DNA of 64,000 bases from Octopus sinensis (GCF_006345805.1 NC_043003.1:56048001-56112000), one strand, 5' to 3'; shown: positions 42,184-55,110, numbered from the stretch's first letter. Notes: generated by a model from the letters alone, not told the origin. A program made the numbers and translations.

Positions 42184-43619
42184 TCAGTAGTTTTATTTTT
42201 ATAGCGTGCTTTCACTTCACTACCGAGCGCAGCTCTGTGTGCCTTGGGTATGTGCTGTGATTTGTTGTGATGCTCTGATGGTTATTGTATGGAAAGTGTT
42301 CTGCGTAAGATGTGTGCAGTGCCTAGTAGTGCAATTTTCTGTATGTTATATGTGTTTGTAAGTCCTGGTGTTTTTGTTATGTATTTGTCTGAATATTTTT
42401 TTATCATGCCTAATGCACCTACTATGATAGGAATTGTTTCTGTTTTCAGGTTCCACATTCTAGTTATCTCTATTTCCAGGTCTTTGTATTTTGAGAGTTT
42501 CTCCATTTCTTTTAGAGACACGTTGTCATCTGCCGGTATTGATACATCAATTAGAAAGCATTTTTTTTCTTTATGATCTCTGACAACTATATCTGGTCTG
42601 TTGGCCTTAATTTCTCTATCTGTGTGTATCGGCATATCCCAGAGTATGGTTGCTTTTTCGTTTTCTGTGACCTTTTCTGGTGTGTGCCTATACCATATTT
42701 TTTCTGTTGTTATTCCATAATGTTGGCATAGCTTCCAATGTATGTAGGTTCCAACTCTGTCATGTCTGTGAATATATTCCTTCTTAGCCAGGACTGGGCA
42801 GCTAGAGATAATATGATTTATTGTTTCTTGTCCATCTCCACATATTCTGCAGTTACTTGTAATATTTCTTTTCATTACATGTTTTTGGTAATTTCTGGTG
42901 GGGAGGCTTTGGTCTTGTGCTGCAATTAAAAATCCCTCTGTTTTGCTTTGAGTCGTGAGCTTCTCAACCATTGCTGGGATTTTTCTTTGTCTATTTCTTT
43001 TGCGTTTAGTTTAGTGCAGTATTTACCATGAAGGGGTTTTTCTTGCCATCGTTTTATCATGGCTCGTTGCTGTTCTATTTTTAGTTTGGATTTCATTTGT
43101 TTTATAGCTTTTGTTGTTTCTTCATCATCTTTTTCTTCTTCTTTGTGTTTATTAGGTGGTATGATTTCTTGTTTGTATTTGTCAGCTTCCTTAAATACTG
43201 AGAACAGTTTTTTGTTTTGCTCGTGTTTTGCTGCTATCTGGATCAGTGTTCCTTCCTTCTGAAGTAGGTATTTTTGCAGTCCTATGGTGGTTATTTTATA
43301 GTAGTTTTCCAGCTGTATAAGGCCTCTACCACCTTCTATACGTTGTATATATAGTCTTTCTATGTCAGATTTTGGGTGATGCATCCTAGATCCTGTCAGT
43401 ATTTTTCTTGTTTTCCTATCTATTTTGGACAGTTCATTTCGTGTCCAGTTAAGGATATTGTAGCTGTAACTTATAACTGGGACAGCTAAAGTGTTGATAC
43501 CTATTATCTTGTTTTTAGCATTGAGCTCTGTTTTTAGTATTGATCTAACTCGTCTATAATATTCTTTTTTTATTTTCTCTTTCATTTGTGTGTGTTGTCT
43601 TATCTAGTTCATGGATTCC

Positions 43620-43625
<6 letters not shown>
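42184..43625 (-). mobile_element. 5'-truncated R4/Dong LINE, well preserved (thumb, CCHC, restriction-like endonuclease, 3' UTR)
   Basis: IERLYIQRIEGGRGL, AAQDQSLPT, CRICGDGQETINHIISSC, RHDRV, NRPDIVV, LIDVSIP and EKLSKYKDL; frameshift near 42950; begins at the YLG motif; (TAA)n on both sides. Confidence 0.93.
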
Positions 43626-43697
<72 letters not shown>

Positions 43698-43743
43698 TAG
43701 TAGTAGTAGCAGCAGCAGCAGCAGTGGCAACAGCAGCAGCAGC

Positions 43744-43801
<58 letters not shown>

Positions 43802-43805
43802 TCAG
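43623..43805 (+). repeat. Compound trinucleotide array (ATT)n(AGT)n(AGC)n(AGT)n
   Basis: Directly visible. Confidence 0.95.
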
Positions 43806-44013
43806 CATTAGAAGTAATAGTGCTATTAGTATTAATATTCGTTTGAGTCATACTCTGTTCTTCCTCGGAAGCGGGGATATTTGCATTCTAGTTTATACTG
43901 ATTATAGAGCTACGGTTACGGGTATGGTACATGCTATCATGGTCGGTGTTAGTGTTGTCGCTCCATTGACCTATGCTATGATTATATGTATTTAAGTAGT
44001 AGGAATGGTGCTA

Positions 44014-44840
44014 GGACAATTCCTCCCCAATTATTTCGTCGTCAGTCAATTCGTCGTTGATCAATTCATCCTCAGGTCAATTCGTCGCTGGCTAATTCGT
44101 CCCAAAATACTCTTAAATGTGACTTTCGGGTGCAAGTTTAGAACAATCACTTTAGAATTCAAATTGTCGTTGTAGAATCTTCAGACATTTTTTCCCTTTT
44201 TAACCTCTCTCTCTCTCTCTCTCTCTCACTCACTCTCTCTTTTTCTCTCTCTTATGTATCTGCGCTGAACAATTTAAGAACAAAGATTTCCAAGCAAATC
44301 GAATTAAATTTATTCAAGACGCCTACCTATCATCATGATCGTAACTTCAGAGAAAGGAAAAATCAAAGTGGTCGATCAAGAAAATTATATATACACAAAA
44401 AATAAGCAGCATGCAGATGTATTGAAGATATACTGGAGGTGTGAAAATCGTGAGTGCAAGGCGAGACTTCATACAAATGAAAATTATAAAGAGCTGAAGA
44501 AGATTAGGATCCATAATCACGCTTCAACTGCTGCAGTGTTAAATGCAAGGATAATAGTTTCAAATATCAAAGTAAAGTCTATTTCATCTCGTGATGCTCC
44601 TCGCTCAGATATCGCTAGTGAAGTTCAGAATTTAAACGACTGTACATTGTCGCAAATACCTCCGTTTGCACAGCTTAGTATGAATTTTAGCCGTTAGAGG
44701 CAAGCTGATTCCAACTATCCTGCTACCCCACCTACAAATGTTGGCTTTTCCATTCCAAGTGGATACTCTTAATTTGACAATGATGAAATGTTTTTACAGT
44801 TTGACAGCAGCCAGAGACGATCAGCTATTAGGTGGTACAG
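44014..44840 (+). mobile_element. Left end of a Mutator-like (MULE) transposon with a FLYWCH-type N-terminus; truncated, with in-frame stops
   Basis: Terminal array of CAATTCGTCG motifs at 15-16 bp spacing (44016-44105); ORF 44335-44697 YIYTKNK..KIYWRCENRECKARLHT...HNH; reading through stops reaches FLQFDS. Confidence 0.75.
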
Positions 44841-44845
44841 AACTA

Positions 44846-44881
<36 letters not shown>

Positions 44882-45256
44882 GAGAGAGGCGCAGAGAGAG
44901 GGAGAGGGAGAGGAAGAGAGACGGAGAGAGAGGGAGGGGGAGAGAGAGATGAAGTAGGTACAATGAAAGAAGAGAAGTGACAAAGATTTTAATGAGCAGT
45001 TACAATAGTTAAGAGATACAATAGTAAAATGCAAAGATTTAGCATTACAGTGGCAAGGGGGGTGAGTAGGTGACAGTTACATCCACATTCAGTATGTACG
45101 TGTGAGTATGAGTGTGTGTGTGTGTGCGTGTTGTGTGTTTGCATGTGCGTGTGAGTGTGCGGACGCATTTGTTTTTACGTGTGGTCTAGGTTTCGCTCTG
45201 TTTCACTAATACATATATATGTGTGTGTGTGTGTGTTGTGTGTGTGTGTGTGTGTG

Positions 45257-45545
45257 AAGGCGTATGGCTTAGTGGTTAGGGCACTCGTCTCACGATTGTA
45301 AGGTCGTGAGTTCGATTCCCAGCGACGCGTTGTGTCCTTGAGCAAGACACTTTATTTCACGTTGCTCCAGTCCACTCAGCTAGCAGAAATGAGTTGTACC
45401 TGTATTTCAAAAAGCCGGCCTTGTCACACTCTGTGTGATGCTGAGAACTACGTTAGGGGTACGCGTGTCTGTGAATTACTCAGTCACTTGCACGTTAATT
45501 TCACGAGGAAGCTGTTCCGTTGATTGTAACCGACGGAGTGCTCCT
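45257..45545 (+). mobile_element. tRNA-derived SINE, family C
   Basis: A box TGGCTTAGTGG (45265-75), B box GTTCGATTCC (45310-19), body TGTGTCCTTGAGCAAGACACTT; (TATG)n tail. Confidence 0.87.
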
Positions 45546-45556
45546 ATGTATGTATG

Positions 45557-45589
<33 letters not shown>

Positions 45590-45600
<11 letters not shown>

Positions 45601-46950
45601 TAAATTAGAGATAAAACCACTACTAGGCAAATCAAACAGTGAAAATCATAAGCCAATACATAGAAATAAAATTCATTAAAAAATATATCAAAAATATAAA
45701 AATATAAAATATAGAAATCCAATTAAAATATTTAAATTAAAGTTAAAATTTTTAAAAAAATTTTTAAATTAATAATTAAAACTTATAACTGATAAATATA
45801 TATATATATTTATTATTATTTTATTCAATTATTTATTTATTTATTTTTATTTATTTACATTTTTTTATTTTTTAAAATATTTTAAATATTTTTGTATTTT
45901 CATATTTATTTATGATTATTTCTTTAAGTACTTTAAAGATAAGATTTTTGAAAGTTATTATTTAGCCAAAGAGATAAAGAGAGTACATTTACTATAGTGT
46001 TCGTTTAAGATAGTTTGTTTGTATTTTTGAAATTAGCTATTTCATCTTTAAATATGAAAACTTAATTTATTGGGTCTTTAGTATATGTGCATATATTTAT
46101 TTATAGAGATTATTTAGATCTTAAATATATTCATATACATATATATATTTTCATTGATAATTTATATATTTTTTTAATTTTATATTTTAATAATATGAAA
46201 AACCATTTTTTTTTGTTTTTGAAAAATATTTATGTAATTAGATATTGACTATTACTGATATTAGATTATTGGTGTGTTTCTTACCTTAAAAATTAATACT
46301 TAAAAATTAAAATTAATATTTAACATTATAATCGTTGTTTTGACATAATCATAATCGTTAAGTTTCTAGTTTGATAATAGAGGTTTTTATAAGAAAATTT
46401 ATTATATTATTTATTTCTTAAAAAATATTGTTTAAATATTTTTGATTATTTATTAAAATATTACAATTAACCTGAAGATTTACTGTAACCATAACTCGAT
46501 TGAATTTAAATTATTGCTATTCGAATTGGTTACGGGCATGAAACGATCGTAGTGTTTTTACTATTTATCTTTTTAAACTATTAATACTTTTTGATAGTTT
46601 ATAAAAAAAAATTTTTAATAAATATAAAAATATAAAAATATAAAAAATATAAAAATTTAAAATATATAAAAAATAAAAGAATATAAATAAAAGAATAAAA
46701 GAACAAATAATTAAATAAAATAATGATAAAAATATATATATTTTTATAATTTATAAGTTTAAATTATTAATTTAAATAATTTTTTAAAAATTTTAACTTT
46801 CATTTAAATATTTTAATTGGATTTTTCTATTTTCTATTTGCTATTTTTGATATATTTTAAAATTAATTTTATTTCTATGTATTGGCTTATGATTTTCACT
46901 GTTTGATGTGCCTAGTAGTGGTTTTATCTCTAATTTAATATAATATATAT
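45590..46950 (+). mobile_element. Very AT-rich element with about 320-bp imperfect inverted arms and an internal hammerhead-like motif; Penelope-like non-autonomous
   Basis: TAAATTAGAGATAAAACCACTACTAGGC... at 45601 is the reverse complement of ...GCCTAGTAGTGGTTTTATCTCTAATTTA ending near 46937; HHR core at 46472-46551. Confidence 0.65.
46465..46556 (+). ncRNA. Type I hammerhead-like motif with intact catalytic core
   Basis: CTGAAGA 46472-78; stem II CTGTAACCA/TGGTTACGG (9 bp); GAAAC-GATC-GTA 46540-51; stem I eroded (2-3 bp). Confidence 0.55.
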
Positions 46951-47017
46951 TTATACTATAAAATTAGATTATATCCTAAATCTAATTTTTCCCTGTAAGT
47001 TTGGATTTACTCCCTAA

Positions 47018-47068
<51 letters not shown>

Positions 47069-48322
47069 CATTATTATATATATATATATATATAATATAT
47101 ATATATATGTAAAGCTTTGGAATTGACTACATTTTGGTCATCTGCTTTAGAATTATACTAACAAATTTCAGTTGATCCATGAATAAGAATTATCGCATTG
47201 AAACCTTCCAGAAAATCAAGATTCATACACACTCACACAAAAAATCACAACAGCCGCAAATACAATTATATCAACAAATAAATATAAAACAAAATATTAC
47301 TCTTTCCTATGTTGCTTTGTCACGAAAAATATGTATTTTATTTTATATTTTCTTTCAGAAATACTACATTAATTTACATAATTATTCTAATAGATTTGTT
47401 TTTCTGATAAAATTTGTTTCTAATAATTATTACAGCACTTATGAGAATACTTTTCCTGTCTGAAGTTAATAGAACAAACTTCTAAAACAGACAGCTAATT
47501 TGTAACTTCGTCGAATAGATGTACTGCCGCGAAAACTTTCAGCTGCGTAGGTACAAATCTCTAAAATATATGTATTCCCAATGTATGTATATATACATGT
47601 GTGAGTGTGTGTGTTTTAATGTATCTATGTATGTATGATTCCCTTCTGTTTTTTATTATTTGAATACCTCCTCTTAAGATGGAACTGGTTTCCTACAGAT
47701 AAAAAGGTCCATTGTTGGAATGTAGGTAACGAGAACAATGTTACATTTTAAACCCGAGAAAAGTGTTGCAGTGTTTTACCGTTATGCTAATATATTGCTT
47801 TTATAAAGAGCGCCATAGTTGGTTGATTCTTTTTTCTAAAAATTCAAAGCTTATCCAGACTGACAGATAGGTATCTACTTAGGAAACCAACTGCTCCAAT
47901 TATATCTGGTGTAAATGTAAATTTGTAAGCTGGATGTTCCTGTATGTCATTGTTCAGTTTTATTTCAAGATTTATTGCCAATAGAGAAAGAGCCAGTTTC
48001 TAACCTAGTTCCAAGGCTCCTTCATTGGAATTTCAACATCAACAGCAGGGTAATTTTCTATATATGTATGTATATATGTATGTAGGTATGAATGTGCATG
48101 TAGGTATGTATGTATATGTACAGATCTGTATGTTTTTTTTTACGTATGCATTCTTATATATATAGTTGCATATCTAGACATGCTCATAAATATTTAAATG
48201 ATAAACTTGTTCCCCTGGGTTAAGCGCGTCTGATTTTGAAAGTCCCAATATTTTATTATCACCCTAAGAAACAACTCTGATTATATGTCCAAGTGCATCG
48301 CATGATGATATATGAAGAAAAC

Positions 48323-48482
48323 TACGAAGGTGTTGCTAAAACCTTCCTTACTTTGGATTAAAAATTCATACAGGTAGATCATCCTGACTCACACACTTAT
48401 TGCAGCCGTCCTTCTGTTGTTCTAGACCCTGTAAAAGAATTTGAAAGGCTAGGCTTCGAGCCAGACTTTTCATGATACACTT
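48323..48482. mobile_element. Possible degenerate mariner-type MITE
   Basis: Left end TACGAAGGTGTTGCTAAAACCTTCC and right end GACTTTTCATGATACACTTA loosely resemble mariner TIRs. Confidence 0.25.
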
Positions 48483-48535
48483 AAAATTTACATTTGACCA
48501 CGCCTGAAAATTTCAGTAAGCTTACACATGTACCT

Positions 48536-48572
<37 letters not shown>

Positions 48573-48647
48573 GTGTGTGTGAGTGTGTGTGCGTATACGT
48601 GTGGGCGTATGTGTGTATGTGTGTGTGTGTGTGTATTGTGTGTGTGT

Positions 48648-48700
<53 letters not shown>

Positions 48701-48990
48701 TGTTGGTTGTACTCAGTGACCAGGCAAAATTCAATGAGATAAAATTGCTCATTTGATGAAACAACCGGAAGTACATAGCCAGAAATTCTGAGCGAGACTC
48801 ATGCCCCACTCAGGCAAAACGTACAATGTTGGGAGTGAAATGCTTGTGATTCTAAGATAACTGCAGACGAGGGGAAAGTCTTACAGCATTGCGTTGAACT
48901 TAGATGAGCTTCAATAATTTTGAATGGATTCTGCAGTTTCTACGTGGGGCGAGGCAACTCCAATATTTATTTCGCACGTGTGTGTTTGTA

Positions 48991-49026
<36 letters not shown>

Positions 49027-49335
49027 GTGTGTGTGTGTGTGTGTGTGTGTGTGCCTGCGTGCTTGTATACGTTACTCTGTACATTTGTGTCCATTGAATT
49101 TATTTGTTGCTCCTGTGATTTCATCATCTAATCTTATCGCATTTGATATATTTCTTTTACTAAATCTTTAATATTTGTCCAATATAATTGACTCTGAATG
49201 AAAGAACATGATATATTAGCTGTGTGGATTGCCTGGACTCAACTTTTTCAATAATTCATTCGTCAGAGCAGGGGACCTAACACTTTACTGTACTATATAA
49301 ACGTTCAGCACGTTTGCATTCTATACTACTTTTTA

Positions 49336-49419
<84 letters not shown>

Positions 49420-49456
49420 TATATATATATATGTATATATACATATATATATATAT

Positions 49457-49506
<50 letters not shown>

Positions 49507-50155
49507 CATATATATATACATATATATACATATATATATATATATACATATATATATGTATATATATACATATATAGATATATATATCAAAACGGCGGTG
49601 CATCAGCATGGCCGCAGCTCTGAGTTGAAACTAAAAAGAAAGATATATATATATATATATTAAACATGCATATGTATGTATGTATGTATACGTATATCAA
49701 CAGTTAAGGACAATGCAATATCATAAAGGTAGCATTTAATCGTCAATAAATGCCAAAGCACCCACATTGCAAGAAATAAGAGATTAGAATATATTTTAAT
49801 ACTGTAAGAAAAGCACAGTTTATTTGCACTGACAGGGGATGTAACTACCCCGTGCCCGTCTCTAAAATCAAAACTCGAGACCTAGTTTCCTCTATTCTGT
49901 AGGCATCGTCTGTAGTGACTACTCCAACGGTCGAACTTTCGGCCAATTCCGTCTTCCAGTATATATATTTTTACCATAAAGATTTATGGTTGATTTAGCC
50001 AAATGTTAGTATGTATACTAAAAATTAATATATAGGAAAAACGTAATCGTCACTAAGTAAGACTAAGTGTACCAAAGCACCTACTTTGATAGAAAGAAGA
50101 GTTTAAAGATCTCTTAAGGCTGTACGAAGAGCGTAATACACAAACACACACACAT

Positions 50156-50188
<33 letters not shown>

Positions 50189-50619
50189 CACACATATATA
50201 TATATATATATATACTAGAGACAGTCTTGAGGTGGTTACCTCCCCTCTCCGTTTTTCGAACCGTGTAGAACGATTTAGAGAGAGATGGCTGCTATTTCTA
50301 GTAGTTGAGATAGCCCGTTAATTTTCTTACTGTTACCGGCCTAAACAGTTGAATTTAATGACAGATTCGTTACCTTTTGCTTTGAGTGTAAAGATAATAA
50401 TTGATTTTCCGAAGTTACTCCCCTTGCGTGATACATTACGTTAAAAAAAAACAACGCTTGGTTATTCTCGCATGTCTAGAAGTTTCTTTAAAACGAAACA
50501 TTACATGAAATGAAATAGACTCTGAGCATTAACTTACACTAGTATTGGTAAAACCAGTTTTCCTTCCATAGGGCCATGATGAATTAGGAAATCAGATGGT
50601 AATTTAGTTTTTTCATGCT

Positions 50620-51460
50620 CTAGTTTACTTCTAAGAGGCACGATCGTTTTTCTTTACAATTTTTCTGATTTTTTTTCTTTTTTTCTTTTTTGCTATTATT
50701 TCATAAAGATAGTTATTTGTTCGCAAGATTTTTCTATTGATCCAGGTTTATTGATTTTATTATAGTCAGTTATTTTCCTATTTCCTTTATTGATTCTGTT
50801 AAGTGTTCCTCGATGTTTACTCCGCTTATTTTCTTATGATGTGTTTGTCTTCATTCTCTTTATAATTACGTATGTACCATCGAGATTACATTTTTCTTTT
50901 GACTATTGGCTTGTTAGTTAGGTCATGTTTGATTAATAAACCTCATTCTGGATTTCTATTACATTCTCCTGTCTCTATATTTGCTTGACTGAGGGGAATT
51001 GTCATTTTCATATATGGTCGCTTCGGTTTTGTAATTTGTAAGGTTCACCAACTAAATGTGGTCCTTGAATTCATGTTATTTCCTTTGTATTTGCGAGAGC
51101 TGAGATACTTTGAGGGAACTATGTTCTGTTTTGCTCCTTTCATTGATTTCTAGGATTTTTTCGTTTTATGTATTTGATCAAAACTTGCGTTTTATTATCG
51201 TTGTGTATTGTTTTTACGAGTTTACATTTTGCTTTTCAATTTCTGTACCACTGATATTTTTTTATGGTTTATTTATTATAAATATGCATTTCCATCACTA
51301 ATGTGTTCCAATCTAGTTTCTTACATCTTCATTTATTTCTTCTCCAGATCTTGTGCGTCTATTTTACGGTACTAGCGCGTGTTAGTCTGTGTTTAGTATG
51401 TGCATCATATTTCTAGATGTTGTTTTTAGCCGTTTGTTTCTTTGCAATTACTGCTTTCTT
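50620..51460 (-). mobile_element. Highly degenerate RTE-like AP-endonuclease region
   Basis: Minus-strand remnants KLDWNTL and an eroded GVGFLINK-like segment; many stops. Confidence 0.4.
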
Positions 51461-52340
51461 TATTTTTTTATACATTATTTATATATTCACATTGTTTTTT
51501 TTTGCTGGACGCTAGCATTAGGAAAAACGCATCTTTGTAGATTGTTAACCTTTTGACCGAACAGCGCTTCTAACGCGCCTGTTGTCTCATGTGCTACGTA
51601 GCGTGATCGCATTAAACCCGCGTTTCGGCGTTCCTCATAAATGATGGCCCGCCGGGCATTGATTTTATAGCTCTTTGTATTTTCCTTCATGGTTCATATG
51701 ATATGCTGCGTTCGTTCTGATTTAAGTTGGTTCCTGTTGCTTTCTCTATGTAGCTTGTTCTTATTTATTTGTTGCGGTTGATCGTTGGTATTTATTTTGT
51801 AAACAATACTTTTTTGTGCGTAATCAATACAAGAACATGTAAACTCAGTTCTTATTTATTTATTTTGTATCACAATTTATGAATAAAGAGCCGTTGGTTA
51901 CAGGTTTTATCAAACTCAGCAATCACTGGTTCACTGCCTTTCTGGTGATGAGAGAAAGACAAAGGAGTGATTACAATTCAGCGGACATCATTCAGAGAAT
52001 ACCGGTTTTTTAACGGTGCTTACATGTGTACATGGCAAACAGAAAAATAGCTACATAACCAAGCACACGTGCGCATACGCTCACACGCAAACACACACAC
52101 ATGCGCACACATACACACACACACAGACAACGGACTACTATAAGGTTTCTCTATTCCAAATTTCTTTCTCATTGTCATTGGTTAACCCCTTGTAATGGGG
52201 TACATGGTTGCCCAAGCAGCCGCCAATTGTGATCGAACTAAGCAACCTCATTGTTATTTAGCTATCAATCAAGGTTTGTGAACACAAACGAAAGAAGCTG
52301 AAGATGAGGCAGAGAAACATACGTGCCTACGTCTTAACTG

Positions 52341-52342
<2 letters not shown>

Positions 52343-52376
<34 letters not shown>

Positions 52377-52466
52377 TATCAACATCATCATCATCATCAT
52401 CATCATCATTATCATAATCATCATCATCATCATCACCATCACCATCATCATCACCATCATCATCAA

Positions 52467-52520
<54 letters not shown>

Positions 52521-52530
52521 TATCATCATT
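52343..52530 (+). repeat. (CAT)n microsatellite
   Basis: Directly visible; source of the poly-Met ORF. Confidence 0.95.
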
Positions 52531-52980
52531 ATTGCTGTAGTTGCTGCAGGTGGTGCTGCTACAACTGCCATTGTTTTGTATGGGCGGTGACTTTGCAGAA
52601 ACGTTACCATGCCGGGCGAAATGCTTAGCTGCATTTATTCGGCAGGTTTATGTTCGAATCCTAAGGTAGCAAAACTCAACTTTGCTTTAATTCTTTGAAG
52701 GTTTTTAAAAAAATAGTACCAGTTGAGCACTGGGGTTGATGGAAACAACATACACCACCGCTATAATAACTTGCAATGGAAGGTAAAATTTACAACCATT
52801 ACCACCGCCAACACCACCACCACCACCATCAGCACCACCGACCCCCCCCCCCATCATCATCATCAGCATCATTATCATCATCATCATCATCATCTTCATC
52901 ACCATCATCTAGTGGAGCTTGCTCGGAAAATGTATTTCGATTGCTAATTTTTTAAATCTATGATCGCAATCCCTATAAAC

Positions 52981-53197
52981 CAGTGATTTTACTTATGGAC
53001 CCATTCGATTCCTATTTTACTAGGGTGGACCCTAATAGTCATTCGATGTTTAAAAAAAACAAACTATTATATCTTTATAATTAAGTACTCTCAGAGGTTG
53101 TATAAAAGCAATTGTTACAATATTTTTTGTATTATTGCAGATAAATTTTTACAACAAAATATTATGTGGACCCATGAACTCCGGTTGAGAACCGTTG
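52981..53197. mobile_element. hAT-type MITE with 8-bp target-site duplication
   Basis: Ends CAGTG... / ...CCGGTTGAGAACCGTTG; flanks CTATAAAC (52973-80) and CTATAGAC (53198-205), 7/8 match. Confidence 0.7.
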
Positions 53198-53242
53198 CTA
53201 TAGACGATTGCAGGGCCAGTCAAACTGACAGGTTTCCGAGAC

Positions 53243-53359
53243 ATGACCGCCATCATCATGTTTTCGATTTTATTGTTTGCTTTATGTGAGCTTTTCCAAG
53301 TCTCACTCTCAGACCTCGAGAAACAAGAGAGACGTTTTACAGTGGGTGTTACTTATTAG
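53243..53359 (+). other. Small ORF resembling a signal peptide; possible host exon, unproven
   Basis: MTAIIMFSILLFALCELFQVSLSDLEKQERRFT followed by a possible donor ACA|GTGGGT at 53342. Confidence 0.2.
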
Positions 53360-53844
53360 TAACAATGGCATATTCTGATTGAAATTAGACGAAGAACTGA
53401 AAACTTCATTGGGAGAGCGTTATAATATTTGAGATTGTAAAACATTCTAAAAGAATAAAATGTTCTGATGGTGACTGTGGTTTTCTTAATGTGTGAACTT
53501 TAGACACATTTTTTTAAAAATATGGGCTGTACCCACTTATTTGCTTCTTTTGATATTCCTGAATTTTGTTTTTTCGATGCTTGCAGAAAAGTTAAATCAC
53601 CCTATCAATAATGTTCTTTTAACAGACTTCTAATCCTACGTTTGCTATATTCGCACCATCTTCATCCTACGTTTACCATCCTCTCGCTTCATGCATTTAG
53701 TTTACAGCTGCTTTTGAATGACTCTGTAAATGAACAACCATTGTGTTAACGGCCTACCAATGAATACAGTACGTTTCCCTGCCCTATGTGTCAGAAATGC
53801 ACTCGACAAGAAATTGAAACTGAATTGAAAAAATATGCTAATGA

Positions 53845-53871
53845 AAACAACAACAACAGCAGCAGCAGCAG

Positions 53872-53912
<41 letters not shown>

Positions 53913-53975
53913 ACAACAACAACAATAACAATAATAATAAAAATAATAATAACAATAATAATAATAAAAATAATC

Positions 53976-54035
<60 letters not shown>
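53845..54035 (+). repeat. Compound (AAC)n(AGC)n(AAC)n(AAT)n array
   Basis: Directly visible. Confidence 0.95.
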
Positions 54036-54038
<3 letters not shown>

Positions 54039-54549
54039 GTTTCATACATATGCATTAATATATCTCCCTGCATATAGATAATGTAAGAATTTCGTAGCTT
54101 AATTCTTTGTCTTTTTTTCTTACTTTTTTCTGTTGGTTTCATTGGACATACATTACATAGCTAAATTGCATAAATATTGACTTCTTACGGATTCTGTAGA
54201 AAATTTCAGCAAAAAAATTTGCTTAATTTGTGAAAGTTGTTTGGAATCAAATTTAATTGGTAGCTGACCTGAATGTATAGAGGCGAAGCAATATCACTCA
54301 TAAACCTATCATTGTGTGAGACAACAGATAAAATATCTGCTCAAACTACCTCCATTCATAACCTTCTCTCTTAGATTAAAGTCGTATTAAGTAATGTGCA
54401 AGAAAGCAGGAATGGTTTACGAAATATTGCCACATAAACATTCATTTCAAGACTTCTTCTGGATGACATCATTTCAAATAAAAACAAAACAGCTGGTAAA
54501 CAGTAAACCATAACATAATTTATCTGTTCATAGGCAGTGAGCGAGCAAG

Positions 54550-54705
<156 letters not shown>

Positions 54706-54980
54706 AGAGTACGAGGGAGAGAGAGAAAGAGAGAAGGAGAGAATGCGTTCCACCAAGATAATGTTTACCTCCATACAAATTGTTTAATGAGTTATTCACT
54801 GGTAGATTATTTAACAAAGGCGTCTCTCCCTAAATGAACATCCAGTCAATGTTACACCGTCTCGCAAACAATTGACCACTAAAACGGACTTCACTGAGTA
54901 AAACCGTAAAATTATCTTCAACAATAATATAACAAAAAAAAAAAATAAACACGCCGTTCAGAACAACATCAACGGAAGTC

Positions 54981-55110
54981 AAGGCGCAATGGCCCAATGT
55001 TTAGGGCAGCGGACTCGCGGTCGTAAGAACGCGGTTTCGATTCCCAGACTGGGCATTGTGAGTGTTTTTTGAGCTGTACTCTTTCACCACAACTTTCTCT
55101 CACTCTTTCT
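54981..55110 (+). mobile_element. Family-D SINE head fragment
   Basis: AGGCGCAATGGCCCAATGTTTAGGGCAGCGGACTCGCGG...GGTTTCGATTCCCAGAC; matches 60074-60394. Confidence 0.75.

Noticed and set aside
44016-44105. CRISPR-like regularly spaced repeats
   Set aside because: A 10-bp motif with 5-6-bp spacers at a MULE terminus in eukaryotic DNA; no cas genes.
45257-45335. tRNA genes at SINE heads (also 32650-32722, 54981, 60074)
   Set aside because: A/B boxes are present but they continue into SINE bodies and lack a complete acceptor stem.
45600-46950. Mitochondrial insertion (NUMT), suggested by the extreme AT content
   Set aside because: No recognisable mitochondrial rRNA, tRNA or protein motif; the inverted arms and HHR core explain the region better. 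BLAST to the mitogenome would settle it.
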